Assembly (NCBI GenBank): GCA_028023455.1
Contig: JAQFVV010000005.1
Coordinates: 12,338,001 to 12,402,000, forward strand
Direction: 5' to 3'
DNA: 64,000 nucleotides
DNA from: Epiperipatus broadwayi
Lineage: Eukaryota; Animalia; Onychophora
Shown here: one piece after another, positions 11,778 to 22,859 of the stretch
How the letters are laid out: each line of letters starts with the position of its first letter
How positions within the stretch are numbered: the stretch's first letter is position 1
Made by a program: the position numbers and the translations under genes
Notes under the pieces: generated by a model
What the model saw: only the letters and a program-made list of their open reading frames with translations
The model's database searches: none
Told to the model about the DNA's origin: nothing

Positions 11778-14469
11778 TGTAACGGTCAGATTCGTCTATC
11801 TCGCTAACACACTGCAGAATTCAAACCCCAAACCCCAAACACGAAACTGAACACTCTAGGAGGGGTTGCCTTCTAGATATACTAAGTTCGAATCTAAAGT
11901 CTAAATTCCATAGTGCCACCTATGTGATAACGCATCTGATGCTACTAATAATATATCCCTTTACCAGTGCCTGGTGGTCAGGGAGAAACAAGACTCTACG
12001 ATGATATAAGCTGGGGTTTGCTAACTAACGTCTATGGATGGTACAAAAGAAATTATAAAGATAGACCGAGTCAGTGATATGGATCAATAAATAAAGGATC
12101 AAAGTTGGTTTTAAAAGATTTATTAACATATCAAAATATATATAACGCCCACTGCTGGCATATATTAGACAGTGAAGCTTACTAAAATGGTAGTTAAAAC
12201 AACATTCCAGACAATTTACATTTGGAGGTTGTTAAATACATTGTCTATACCTCGGGCTAATATAAAATTACAATAATGTGCCTAAAAGAGCTTGTGAAGA
12301 TGTGCGAGATGCTTTGAGTAAATTATAAAGAGTTTAATAAAATATTTTGCAATATTAAAGTTTAATATAACATTTCTTGACTTCGGGAATAGAACGGACT
12401 AATGCTTGTTAAGCTATAAGGTGGGGATGTGACCAAGGCATTTATATTTATAAACATATAGTTAAGTTAGATTGGGAGGTCGGTGTTGCTAGTGAGGAAT
12501 TTCTGTACAGGATGGAGGGTGTGATACTTTTAAATCTCTGGAACTTTGCAAATAATAAATAAAATTTATATAATGGATATGTGAGATAAATACGGAGGGC
12601 ATCTCGCCATTAATCCGTAGGAATGTGTTGTCACAAGTAGCCGAAGTCTGGACTCGTCCAAATCTTAGCGACCGGGTGACAGCTGCGTCGCATTCCAGGT
12701 GTGACATTTGCGTACACACTCTGACTGGGAACCACAGAAAGTGAAAGGGGAAACAGTCTTAGCTGTTTAAAGCCCTTTAGGAGAAGCAAAGCAGTCTCAA
12801 AACACCCAATACACCTACCAGCAACACTCGACTAAAGTATATAAAGTATACAAAAGAGATTTATTTAGCTTAAAAAAATGCCTCATCAATTCCCCAAATA
12901 ATTATTTAAAGAAAGTCCGCCCATTCTCGACCTCAAATTACAAGCTTTGAAATTAAAGCAAAACAATATACATTTTAAAATGGGAGAATGCATGTTTGCG
13001 GGGTTTTAAAACAAAGCATAAATTTATTTACGCAATCATGCATTTGTTAAATATTTACTCATTGACCTCGCACATATTCTAATATTAGATTAAAATCGAT
13101 AACATGTGGATTTTAAACTAGAAAATTATTATATACATTGAATAAGAGTAGGATAGCCTTCGAACGAGCGATTCACAAGATAACAAACTGGAAACAATTT
13201 ATAATTTAAAAACACCTTAATGGCGGCGTCTTGCTTTAAATAAAAGGGAATAATTCACTCGGTCAAAGCCTATTCTGGCACATTATCATAATAAAAGAAA
13301 AAAACAGATTAATAAATATAAAATATTAACCCAAGGATAAAAAGCAAAAAATACTGATTACATTATAACATTTTAAAGAAAGAATCAATGGTAAGGTAAA
13401 GTAAAATGGAAAACAATTTAAATAGCTATAGCTTATTAATTAGAGGAAATAATCATAAGAGCTCTTGGGTTAAGTTTTGGGGTTACCTCGTTAGAAGCAT
13501 TTGCAGGTAGTTTCAGATAGATTGATTGTCAGCAGCGTCCATACGACTCGACAGCAAACTCTGGTTATAGTTCATATTTTGGCAGCAGTAGCAGTTTTAG
13601 GGTTTCCTATGTGATGGCATCGATGGTATGGAGCAGCGGCTGGCCATTTCCGAGAAGAAAATAGCCTTCTTGCCGGCTCTACTCCGTCATTTTGAAGATT
13701 AAAATTTCAAAGGCTGGGTACTTCATAGATATTTAAAGCAATATTTTAGAACACAGTAAATCTATTTGAAGATGAAAACTCGGCTTCAAATATTTAAGTT
13801 TGCAGGTAAATAGAAATTAGAACATCAGAAAGCTCAGCAACAATTCAAATCTCAGAATGTAGAATACTAGAATACTTGGAGCTTAGAACAGCCAAATCTC
13901 AAATTCTTAGAATAAAAATGACAGAAAAATAGAAAGCTAGAAAAATCTTAGAATGACAAACAAAAGAAAAACCTATATATAGCAGAATTACACTATAAAA
14001 CTGCCCTGGAGCGTTACAAAAATATTCCAAAATTTGCTATCTTATCAGCTGCAACAAAATCCATCCGAATGTCCAAAGGAATTCAACAAAATTTTAATTA
14101 ATTTCTATTGTTAATTTCCCCATCGACATTCGGATTAAAACTTTGATTTAATAAAAAAAAACTTTTGCTAATTAAAAAGAAACGACCTTAAGTGGACATC
14201 TGCTGTCTTTCTTGATAAGCTCCTAGAACATTAATTAATTAAAGCTATTGTTTCTTACCATCCCTCATTTATTTTAAACAGAAAATATGTGGCGTGATTT
14301 TAAAATCTAAAAGAAAATTATTTTACTTTTAATTTTCAATGTTTGAATCTATTTATGAGACAAATATAATTTTATTTTAAATCAAAAACAAATATTACGA
14401 ATGTAATATCTTTTGTAAATAGATTCAAACAAAATAACTTTAAATAACAAATGATTATTATTTGAGGTT

Positions 14470-15792
14470 TTGAAAATTAATATATCACAGTGTGTGCACA
14501 ATTACGATCTATATAACCTACTTTTAAATAAATCACTTTTATGTGTACATACAGTTTTATATAAAAATTTTACCAAGATAATTACAACTCGTCTACAGAG
14601 AACTTTGCATTTCCACCAACCAAGAGAACAAGCTGGATTTAAAAGTGGTTTTAGTACAATAGATCATATCCAGGTATTGAGAGAAGTCATAGAAAGGACA
14701 AACGAATATGAGTTGTCATTATGTTTTGGATTTGTAGATTATGAAAAGGCATTCGATTCTATACACATTTCTTCAGTGATTAAAGCATTGGATCATCAAG
14801 GTATAGATCCAGGATATTGTCATATTTTAAAGAATATTTATAAAAATGCAACAGCAACAATTAGATTACATAATGATACTGGAAAAATCAACATTGAGAA
14901 AGGTGTAAGACAAGGTGAATCCATATCTCCAAAACTCTTTACAGTAGTGCTGCAAGAAGTATTTTGTGGATTAAAATGGGAAACTAAAAAAGTGAAAGTA
15001 AATGGAGAGTATTTAAGTCATTTAGATTTCGCAGATGATGTAGTTGTTTTTGCAAATAATGCTTCAGAGCTGCAGGAAATGTTGCAGGAGTTAGCAGATG
15101 AAAGTAGAAAAGTAGGACTAAAGATAAATGTTAAAAAGACTAAAGTAATGTTTAATCGATTTGCTCAAAATATGAAAATAAAGATTGATTATGAAGAATT
15201 AGAAGAAGTTAACAGTTACAAATACCTTGGTCAGATTATTAATACAGATGGAAACATAATGGAGGAAATTAATCATAGAATTAAACTTGGTTGGAGTGCT
15301 TTTGGTAGAAATAACTTGATACTAAAAGGAAATATGCCTATGTGTTTGAAAAGGATGGTTTTTAACAAATGTGTTTTACCAGTTCTTACTTATGGATCTG
15401 AGACTTGGATACTTAATAGAAGAGCAATACAGAGACTTCAGACCACTCAAAGGAGTATGGAGAGATGTATGTTGGGAGTAACAAGAAGAGATCGAAAACG
15501 CAATGTATGGGTAAGACAACAAACAGGTGTTACTGACCTTATTGAAAAAATTACAAGATTGAAATGGAGTTGGGCTGGACATATTGCTAGAAGAGATGAT
15601 AATAGATGGACAATTGAAATTTTAAACTGGATTCCAAGAGATTGTAAAAGACCCAGAAACAGACCACATGTGAGATGGATGGATGAAATAAGAAAATGTG
15701 CAGGGGTATTGTGGAGAAGAGAAGCTAAAGATCGGAGAAGATGGATTAAACTTGGAGAGACCTTCATCCTGCAGTGGATTGATAATGGTTGA
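14470..15792 (+). CDS. RTE-clade LINE reverse transcriptase, 5'-truncated (homology starts ~14555, no endonuclease domain)
   Basis: QAGFKSGFST, FVDYEKAFDS, GVRQGESISPKLF, HLDFADD, YKYLG and WAGHIAR motifs in an uninterrupted frame. The TTG start is an ORF-caller artefact in AT-rich flank. Confidence 0.95.
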   Translation: MKINISQCVHNYDLYNLLLNKSLLCVHTVLYKNFTKIITTRLQRTLHFHQPREQAGFKSGFSTIDHIQVLREVIERTNEYELSLCFGFVDYEKAFDSIHISSVIKALDHQGIDPGYCHILKNIYKNATATIRLHNDTGKINIEKGVRQGESISPKLFTVVLQEVFCGLKWETKKVKVNGEYLSHLDFADDVVVFANNASELQEMLQELADESRKVGLKINVKKTKVMFNRFAQNMKIKIDYEELEEVNSYKYLGQIINTDGNIMEEINHRIKLGWSAFGRNNLILKGNMPMCLKRMVFNKCVLPVLTYGSETWILNRRAIQRLQTTQRSMERCMLGVTRRDRKRNVWVRQQTGVTDLIEKITRLKWSWAGHIARRDDNRWTIEILNWIPRDCKRPRNRPHVRWMDEIRKCAGVLWRREAKDRRRWIKLGETFILQWIDNG

Positions 15793-15808
15793 TTGATGAT
15801 GATGATGA
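14550..15808 (+). mobile_element. Young 5'-truncated RTE retrotransposon
   Basis: Intact RT frame followed directly by a (GAT)n tail at 15793-15808. Confidence 0.9.
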
Positions 15809-16025
15809 CACATAATTTATAACATTTTATTTATACTGGGCATAAGTTATACAAATATATATAATATGAGCGTTGTACTCGTGCTTTAAAATTGGGCGGA
15901 ATTTTCAGCATATAAGCGCATTGCAGACACACTACGATACACTGGGGTTTAAACTAAGGTATGAGGGTAGAAAAGAGGTGAGAAAAGGTGAAACGAAGAT
16001 CAGCAAAGCAGAGCTTACTGTTTCA

Positions 16026-16100
16026 GTATGGAGAGTTTTGCCTTGTTTATAAACAATTATGTGCTAATATAAGAGATGGTGATCATGTGATGCTTAATGG
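16026..16100 (+). mobile_element. Remainder of the H1 copy 2 right arm and 3' extension
   Basis: GTATGGAGAGTTTTGCCTTGTTTATA is the reverse complement of 11510-11535. ATAAGAGATGGTGATCATGTGAT matches the reverse complement of 63575-63597. Confidence 0.8.
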
Positions 16101-16179
16101 TTCAATGTAATATATTAAAAATAATAATTCAATAAAAAATGATTTAATCAGATAACTTTTATAATAATATATTTAATTT

Positions 16180-16223
16180 CACCAACCCGAATTCTGCCCC
16201 TATAATGGAGCCTTATCAAGGTG
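16180..16223 (-). ncRNA. Hammerhead-like motif, U3-A8 core variant (P1 pLTR)
   Basis: CACC UUGAUAA G GCUCC AUUAUA GGGGC A GAAUUCGGGUU GGUG. Stems I and II pair; the GAAA/stem III part is non-canonical. Confidence 0.45.
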
Positions 16224-16604
16224 TATTATATTTACACTTAAAGTTACATTACAATTCTTTCTTTTCTACAGCAACTCCTCCTACAGGCTTCATTGTACAT
16301 TACAATATCAAAGATAAAACAAATATATTTCCTATTCATTACATACATAAATAATTATACATAATATTTATACACAAACGTGATCTAAATCATAATCAAA
16401 CATTTACATTATACAATCACACATTTATACATTAACATTATTTATAAATTTCCCAATCTTCCTCACCAAACATACTTATATAACTATATTTAATATTTTA
16501 AACCCAACATAATTAGAATGATAATCATCTATATAAATATAGTCACATAATTTATTCATAACTATACCCAACTTAAATTCAATCTTCCAGCTATCTAACA
16601 ACAC

Positions 16605-16904
16605 TCATTTTTCAGCCAACTTTACAGGACCTTTAACCATATTCATACATTTTTCAAAATTCTCCTGTATATACAAAGTTTCATAACATATCCTCACACT
16701 ATACTTCTTTACATACTTAATCACCTGAATTTTTTTTCCACAATTCATTCTATGCCCAGTATTCAAAAAATGTACATAAATTCCTGATCTCAAATCCTTA
16801 CTCCTAATTGCCCTATCATGTTCTTTACCCCTTTCTAATGCAGTCTTTTCTGTCTGACCAATATATATCATGCTACAAAATTCACAAATAATCTTATACA
16901 CCAA
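16605..16904 (-). pseudogene. PLE GIY-YIG endonuclease domain
   Basis: VYKIICEFCSMIYIGQT...ERGKEH...HFLNTGH...ETLYI...MN pattern. Confidence 0.9.
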
Positions 16905-17148
16905 CTCTGCCCTACCATTCTCATTATTATTTTCTATATTACATATTCATTTCACTAACAATCTACTGTTTTTCCATCCTATTTTAATATTGCCAGGTAA
17001 TTCTTCCCTTACCAACTCTTTATATACTCTATCAAAATATGGAACTGAAATCCATTTATTATTTACAGTTATCTTCACCTTTATTTTTTAAAAATTTACT
17101 TATATCTTTCTTTTTATATCCCATACTAATATAATCATTTTCAATCTC

Positions 17149-17966
17149 CTACTTTTGCATTAATGCTACATCCTTATCTAAAGTTAACCTACGGTTTTTC
17201 TCTCTAAACCCTTTCATTGCTGCTATTTTTTGAGACCATGGTTGATATGAACCTGGATCTATTATACCTCTTTTTTCTTTCTCCTTAATACAATGTCTTA
17301 TACCATTCTTACCTGTCACATTCTTCCTCATAAAAATATCTAAATATTTTAACCCTTCCTCTCCATTTTCCATCGTAAATCTAATACCATATCCATTATC
17401 ATTCATTTCATTAAATGCATTACTGATACTTCTACTATTATCCATTATAAGTATATCAACATATCTGTGTTATTGTATAATTTCTTTCAACCTTATATAT
17501 TTATCAATTACATTTCCCTCAATATAATCAATCATAATAAACGATAAAACACCACTAATGGAACAACCCATCCATTAGTTATCTTCCAAAACTCATTTTT
17601 ATATTTAAAGTACAATGTTTCACTTATCAACAATAAAGCCTTATTAATAATACACATCCAATCCTTTGACATACCACCATAATTCTTTATTCTTTCCATA
17701 ACTACTTTTATACTTTCCTCTCTAGGTATACTTTGATACATCTTTTCAATATCAAACAATACAATATTTCCATTCCTATTTAATTTCACATTCTTTAGTT
17801 TATTTATAATTTCCTCCGAGCTTTTAATGCAATATTTCCCAAAACCCACACCATTTATAATCTTTTTACATACTATATTGCACAAGCCTTTAAGAACGTA
17901 TTTCTTAAAATCCAATATTGCTCTTACCGGCATACTGTCTTTTTGTTTCTTAACTTTCCTAAACAT
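17149..17966 (-). pseudogene. PLE reverse transcriptase (frameshifted)
   Basis: LFDIEKMYQSIP (motif A), YFKYKNEF..ITNG then MGCSISG after a frameshift (motif B), RYVD-IL (motif C lacking one Asp), and thumb IRFTMEN..LKYLDI. Confidence 0.9.
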
Positions 17967-18460
17967 TCAGGTGATTATGTAAAGATGTATAGTGAGAAGA
18001 TATGTTATGAAATTTTGTATATACAGGAGAATTTTGAAAAATGTATGAATATGGTTAAAGGTCCTATAAAGTTGGCTCGAAAATGGGTGTTGTTAGATAG
18101 CTGGAAGATTTAATTTAAGTTGGGTATAGTTATGAGTAAATTGTGTATATATTTATATAGATGATTATCATTCTTTGGGTTTAAAATATTAAATATAGTT
18201 ATATAAGTAAGTATGTAAGGAGAGGAAGATTGGGAAATTTATGAATGATGTTAATGTATAAATGTGTGACTGCATAATGTAAATGTTTGATTATGATTTA
18301 GATCACGTTTGTGTGTAAATATTATGTATAATTATTTATGTATGTAATGAATAGGAAATAGAAGATTTGTTTTATCTTTGATAGTGTAATGTACAATGAA
18401 GCCTGTAGGAGGAGTTGCTGTAGAAAAAAAAGAATTGTAATGTAACTTTAAGTGTATTTA

Positions 18461-18504
18461 CATCTTGATAAGGCTCCATTATAGGGGCAAAATCCGGGTT
18501 GGTG
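18461..18504 (+). ncRNA. Second P1 hammerhead-like motif (U3-A8)
   Basis: CAUC UUGAUAA G GCUCC AUUAUA GGGGC AAAAUCCGGGUU GGUG. Confidence 0.4.
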
Positions 18505-19249
18505 AAATTAAATATATTATTATAAAAGCTGTCCGATTAAATAATTTTTTATTGAATTATTATTTTTAATATATTACAAAACAATGAAGCTGCAAATTAT
18601 GCTTTATCAATATACATGAATTCATTCATATTTATCCCAAAAAAATGTAAACAAACAAGTAAAAAAAATGTTATAATTCACAAATTAATACATTTTACAA
18701 CACTCAAGTAGCCATTTTTCTATCTTAGAGCACTGTACATGATTTACAAATCATTAAAATTTGTAAATAAATTTTAAATATGCCAACAGCTATTTATTTC
18801 TCCATTTCAGAGCATTTTACATAATCTCATTTTAAATAAAATTTCTTCAGTTTCTGTTGAAAGCATAAAATTTTATCTTCCTTTATTATCATCCAAATTT
18901 GATATGCAGTACTTCTTAATAAAATATTTTCTAAGGATAAAGTTTTACAAAATTGTAAAACATATTTAAAGTTAATGCTGATTTAAAAACATCAAATTAA
19001 TTAGAGAGAAGATAGTTTCTTGATGACAAGAGTCTATTATGTTTCTATAAAAGAAAAGTTTATTGAAAAAATTTGTATATATAGCCCAGAGTATATTTAA
19101 TTAAGTAAGACATTTCGCTATTTATTTTAAAAATACGGTACAGTAAGGTTTTTTTTCCAGAGAATGTAAGTCTATGTGAATATGTATCCTCAATTTATTT
19201 TTAATAACTATATTATTATTATTTTTAAAATTTTTTGTTTATACTATAA

Positions 19250-19720
19250 TTTATATGCTGCATTGAAATCAAATCATTGCACAAAAAATGTTTTTTTCTC
19301 CTGCAACAAGACTTTTCGCCTATATAATTTCTTTTATACTCTTTTAGACTTGTTTTTTTTATTTCTATCTTATTATAAAAACTGCGATGAAAAAGATTTT
19401 TTCATGTCTGATAATTTTCATATAATTTTAATTTGCTCAGTGCTGATTTATAATTACTTACACTGCAGTAAAACGTTTTTCTATTGTAAGATTGCTTTGA
19501 TATGTTTTTAAACTATTTTTGCTGCTGTTTTATAACACAAACTGCCATTCTCTTGTATAAGTTTTTTTTTAGGCATTATTAAATAATTTTTAGAATCATC
19601 TTGAATTTACACAAATATCAATGATAAGATTTTTCTTTTGTATGAGTTTTTCATGCTTTTTTAAAGCTGCTTTTTCTTAGTCTTAAACTTAGCATAGAAT
19701 TTTTTTTCTCCTACATGATG
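19250..19720 (-). pseudogene. Decayed C2H2 zinc-finger repeats downstream of ZF-A
   Basis: Minus-strand fragments KKHEKTHTKEKSY, TIEKRFYCSVSNYKSA and RNYIGEKS interrupted by stops. Confidence 0.6.
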
Positions 19721-20929
19721 AGTAAAATATCAGAGATCTGCTAGTTGAAAGAAGTTGCCAATGTCTGCTTTATATACATATATGTGTAAAAATAAGTTAG
19801 CAATAAAACTTACTCATTACAAATCTCCTGTGTTTTTAAAGCAACCATATTATAGCTGCAAATGAAAATAAATATTAATTTTAATATCATAGTTTCATGC
19901 TCTCAGATCAAACCGCTTCAGCTTCACCTATTTAAATAAAAAGTAGGTTGAAGTAAAGAAGGGTTCCCCTCTTTTCTTCCAATGAGTAAACTTGTGGTTT
20001 TAAGACCTGTAGAGGTCCCTACTATCGCATTTTATACGCATGTGCTTGAGGCTACAGCCTTAATGAATATTATTTTAACAATTATAAAAGTTTAAAATTA
20101 TTTTTGTTTATATGAGACCAGAATTTTTATACAATAATAATGAAAAAAATAATAAATATTTATATCATGTATTAATGACATATTCTGGAGCTAAAAGTTC
20201 TTTAATTGAAGATTACACTTATCATTTCCTGTGCTAAATTATCACATAACCTTTTGAATAATGAACTATTTGATTATTTTGTATATATATATAAACATTT
20301 ATCAATTGGGTTTTTTTTTCCTGGTGTTGCAACTATTAATATTTTAATAATAATATTTATATCAAAATAATTTTTAAAATGTTTAGTAATTAATTCTTTC
20401 ATATCAGTTTGGTTTCAATGCTCTTTCAAGTTATGCAGTAATTTGTTTTCTCCTATATATTAATTTTATGTAAATTAAAATTAAACTTTTTAAAAGAGGA
20501 ACTACAATTTATGTCTTTTAAAAAGTTGGCTATAAAGTTATTTTACTGCTAATTTTTTTAGGCAAAAAAGAAAATCAAAATCAAATAACTATTGAATTAA
20601 AATAAATTTAGATGCTACCGATATTAATTAGACTCAATTAAAATAATATTTACAGTTTTAAAGCTCTTCGAACTTTGAAAAAAATATTTTCAGATTTCAA
20701 AACACATTGCAAAGTTTTTCATTAAAATTATTAAGAATCTTGGCCATATTAAAGCATATTTAATTCATGAAATGCATTTATTATTGAGATTTAGCCAGAG
20801 ATCGAGGAATATCTTGTGTAAATATATTAGAATTTTTTTTAATATTTACATTATAAAATGTTTATAATTGGGCTATGTAATACTAGCTCATTTGAATATT
20901 TGCATATATTTTACTATACATTTTATGAA

Positions 20930-20970
20930 GGCTATGAATATGAGGCATGGATCCTCGAAAACGGTAAGCC
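20930..20970 (+). ncRNA. Minimal hammerhead-like motif, A3-U8 core variant
   Basis: GGCU AUGAAUA U GAGG CAUGGAU CCUC GAAA ACGG UA AGCC. Stems I and II are perfect; stem III is one change from the palindrome ACCGGU. Confidence 0.6.
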
Positions 20971-21770
20971 GATAAACTTTAATATTAATTTATATCTTCT
21001 TCTTTATTAACAATTATAAATAAGTGTTCTTTTGTTACATAATATTGAGAAGTAAAACTATATTTATAAAATGTTATTAAATTAATATTATGATTTAAAT
21101 GTTCTATTTGAAATTTGTAACTTACATAAGTGATCTATCTATTCCATGACTTTTTGTTGAAGTCTATTCAAAATATTTTTTAGCAAATAATTACAATATA
21201 TTATAAAAGATGTTCACACAGGATGAGACAAATAAGACTAAGTATTGGTTGGCTTGTATATCACACATTTGCACTTTATATATACTGAAAACCTTTGTGT
21301 AAATCTGAATTTACATGAATCAGGGTTATTTTAAAGTCACTTATATATCCCTTTAAAACAGAAATAAAGTGATAAATCATCATTTAAAAACAAAAATTCT
21401 TAATACTAATAATCTTTCATAAGACTTCTTAATACTTTATTTATATTAATAATTCTTAGTTAAAACATTGTAAATTCTTCTCTCATAGTAACTTCCTACC
21501 AAATACATACCTGTATAAATGCTTAGTTTTCTCAGAAAACACAAGTAAAGTAATTGGTTAACAGGGTGCAACAAACAACTGCTAACACTCAACACTAATG
21601 AAAGTTGTTTGCCAATATAAGAAATCATTTTATTATCATCAAAAAGTATTAGATTACTGAAAGCATTAATCAAGAGTAACATTTGATATAACTTAACATT
21701 CTGATATGCTTTTTATTTAAAACCTTTCTAAGCATTTCCTTTCTTAAATAAATTACTGCCAATAACATAA

Positions 21771-22859
21771 TTATTTTAAAAACAATTTTAATGAATGCAC
21801 TGTATTTATTTCATGAAAGATTAGATCATCTGATGTGAATTGTATGAAAATATCAAGTGTGTCATAATCAGTGAAATGGCTCACTTCATGATTTTCCATA
21901 ATATTTTTCTCTATAACTTTATAATCACACAAAAAGCATTTAAACATGTCTATACTATATTTATTACCCAGAGCACATTTGTTTTCTAGTTCATTTTGAT
22001 CAATTCTTAAAGTATTGTGAGAAGTCTTATTAGAGTCATGAACAATAGAATGAAAAGATTTTTCTCTAGGATGTGTTTTTTCATGTAATATTAAACTATG
22101 TTTATATCTCGTGTTGTAATTGCATGAGCTACATTGAAAATGTTTTTTTTCTATATGAGTCATTTCATGTTCAAACATTTTGAAATCATACAAATTACAT
22201 TTGAAAACATTTTCTTGCATCCTAATTACTTCATGATTTTTAAGAAAATTGTTTTGACAAGCTGTATGATTGTTTTCATGTATATTAAAAATGCTTTCTT
22301 GTGAAGTCTTGAAATTACAAAAATTGCATTGTAATGTACTTTTTTCTGTATGTGTTTTTTCATGTTCCTTTAATTTCTTTTCTTCAGCAGTCTTAAAATC
22401 ACTCAAGCAGCACTTGACACAATTTTTTCCTGTATGAGTTAATTCATGGGTTTTTACAGTACTTTTTTGCGCAGCCCTAAAACAACAAAAACTGCACTGA
22501 AAGGGTCTTTCTCCTGAATGAATTCTTTCATGAAGTTTTAAATAACTTTTTTGAGCAGATTTATAATCACAAATCTTGCACTGGAAAGGTTTTTCGCCGG
22601 TATGAATCCTTTCATGTTGTTTTAAATATTTTTTGTGAACAGTTTTGAAATCGCACAATTTGCACTGAAAGGCCTTTTCTGCAGTATGAATTACTTCATG
22701 TTGTTTTAGATAGCATTTTTCAGCAGCTCTAAAATTACAAAAGCGGCAAGCATATGGTTTTTCTCCTGTATGATTGCTTTCATGTATTTTAAAAGTATAT
22801 TTGTATGCAGTATTGAATTCACAAAAACTGCACTGAAATGACTTTTGTCTTTGATGCAT
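21771..22859 (-). CDS. Tandem C2H2 zinc-finger protein ZF-A (362 aa, 8 intact fingers)
   Basis: Repeated CxxC-x12-HxxxH units with HTGEKP-type linkers in an uninterrupted frame; no KRAB/ZAD/BTB domain visible. Confidence 0.92.
   Translation of the reverse strand: MHQRQKSFQCSFCEFNTAYKYTFKIHESNHTGEKPYACRFCNFRAAEKCYLKQHEVIHTAEKAFQCKLCDFKTVHKKYLKQHERIHTGEKPFQCKICDYKSAQKSYLKLHERIHSGERPFQCSFCCFRAAQKSTVKTHELTHTGKNCVKCCLSDFKTAEEKKLKEHEKTHTEKSTLQCNFCNFKTSQESIFNIHENNHTACQNNFLKNHEVIRMQENVFKCNLYDFKMFEHEMTHIEKKHFQCSSCNYNTRYKHSLILHEKTHPREKSFHSIVHDSNKTSHNTLRIDQNELENKCALGNKYSIDMFKCFLCDYKVIEKNIMENHEVSHFTDYDTLDIFIQFTSDDLIFHEINTVHSLKLFLK

Larger units (their letters stand above)
11778..16025. mobile_element. 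4248-bp TG...CA insertion with 4-bp TSD (solo-LTR-like or Ginger-like, non-coding)
   Basis: Splits the H1 right arm exactly. GTAT is duplicated at 11774-11777 and 16026-16029. Termini TGTAACGGTCAG and (rc) TGAAACAGTAAG match at 9 of 12 positions. Confidence 0.7.
16106..18578 (-). mobile_element. Penelope-like element family P1, 5'-truncated, with ~620-bp inverted terminal copy
   Basis: RT and GIY-YIG remnants on the minus strand; 16106-16730 is the reverse complement of 17965-18578. Confidence 0.9.

Noticed and set aside
15376-15813. Minus-strand ORFs of 63-106 aa
   Set aside because: They are antisense shadows of the RTE RT frame.
16106-18578. Naiad/Chlamys-type PLE or selenoprotein-recoded PLE
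   Set aside because: GIY-YIG is C-terminal to RT here, and the stops and frameshifts are scattered decay rather than specific in-frame UGA codons.
19176-19511. 111-aa ORF (and similar F/I/L/Y-rich ORFs at 3492, 25833, 39333, 49222)
   Set aside because: Low-complexity products of AT-rich or antisense repeat sequence with no motifs or splice support.
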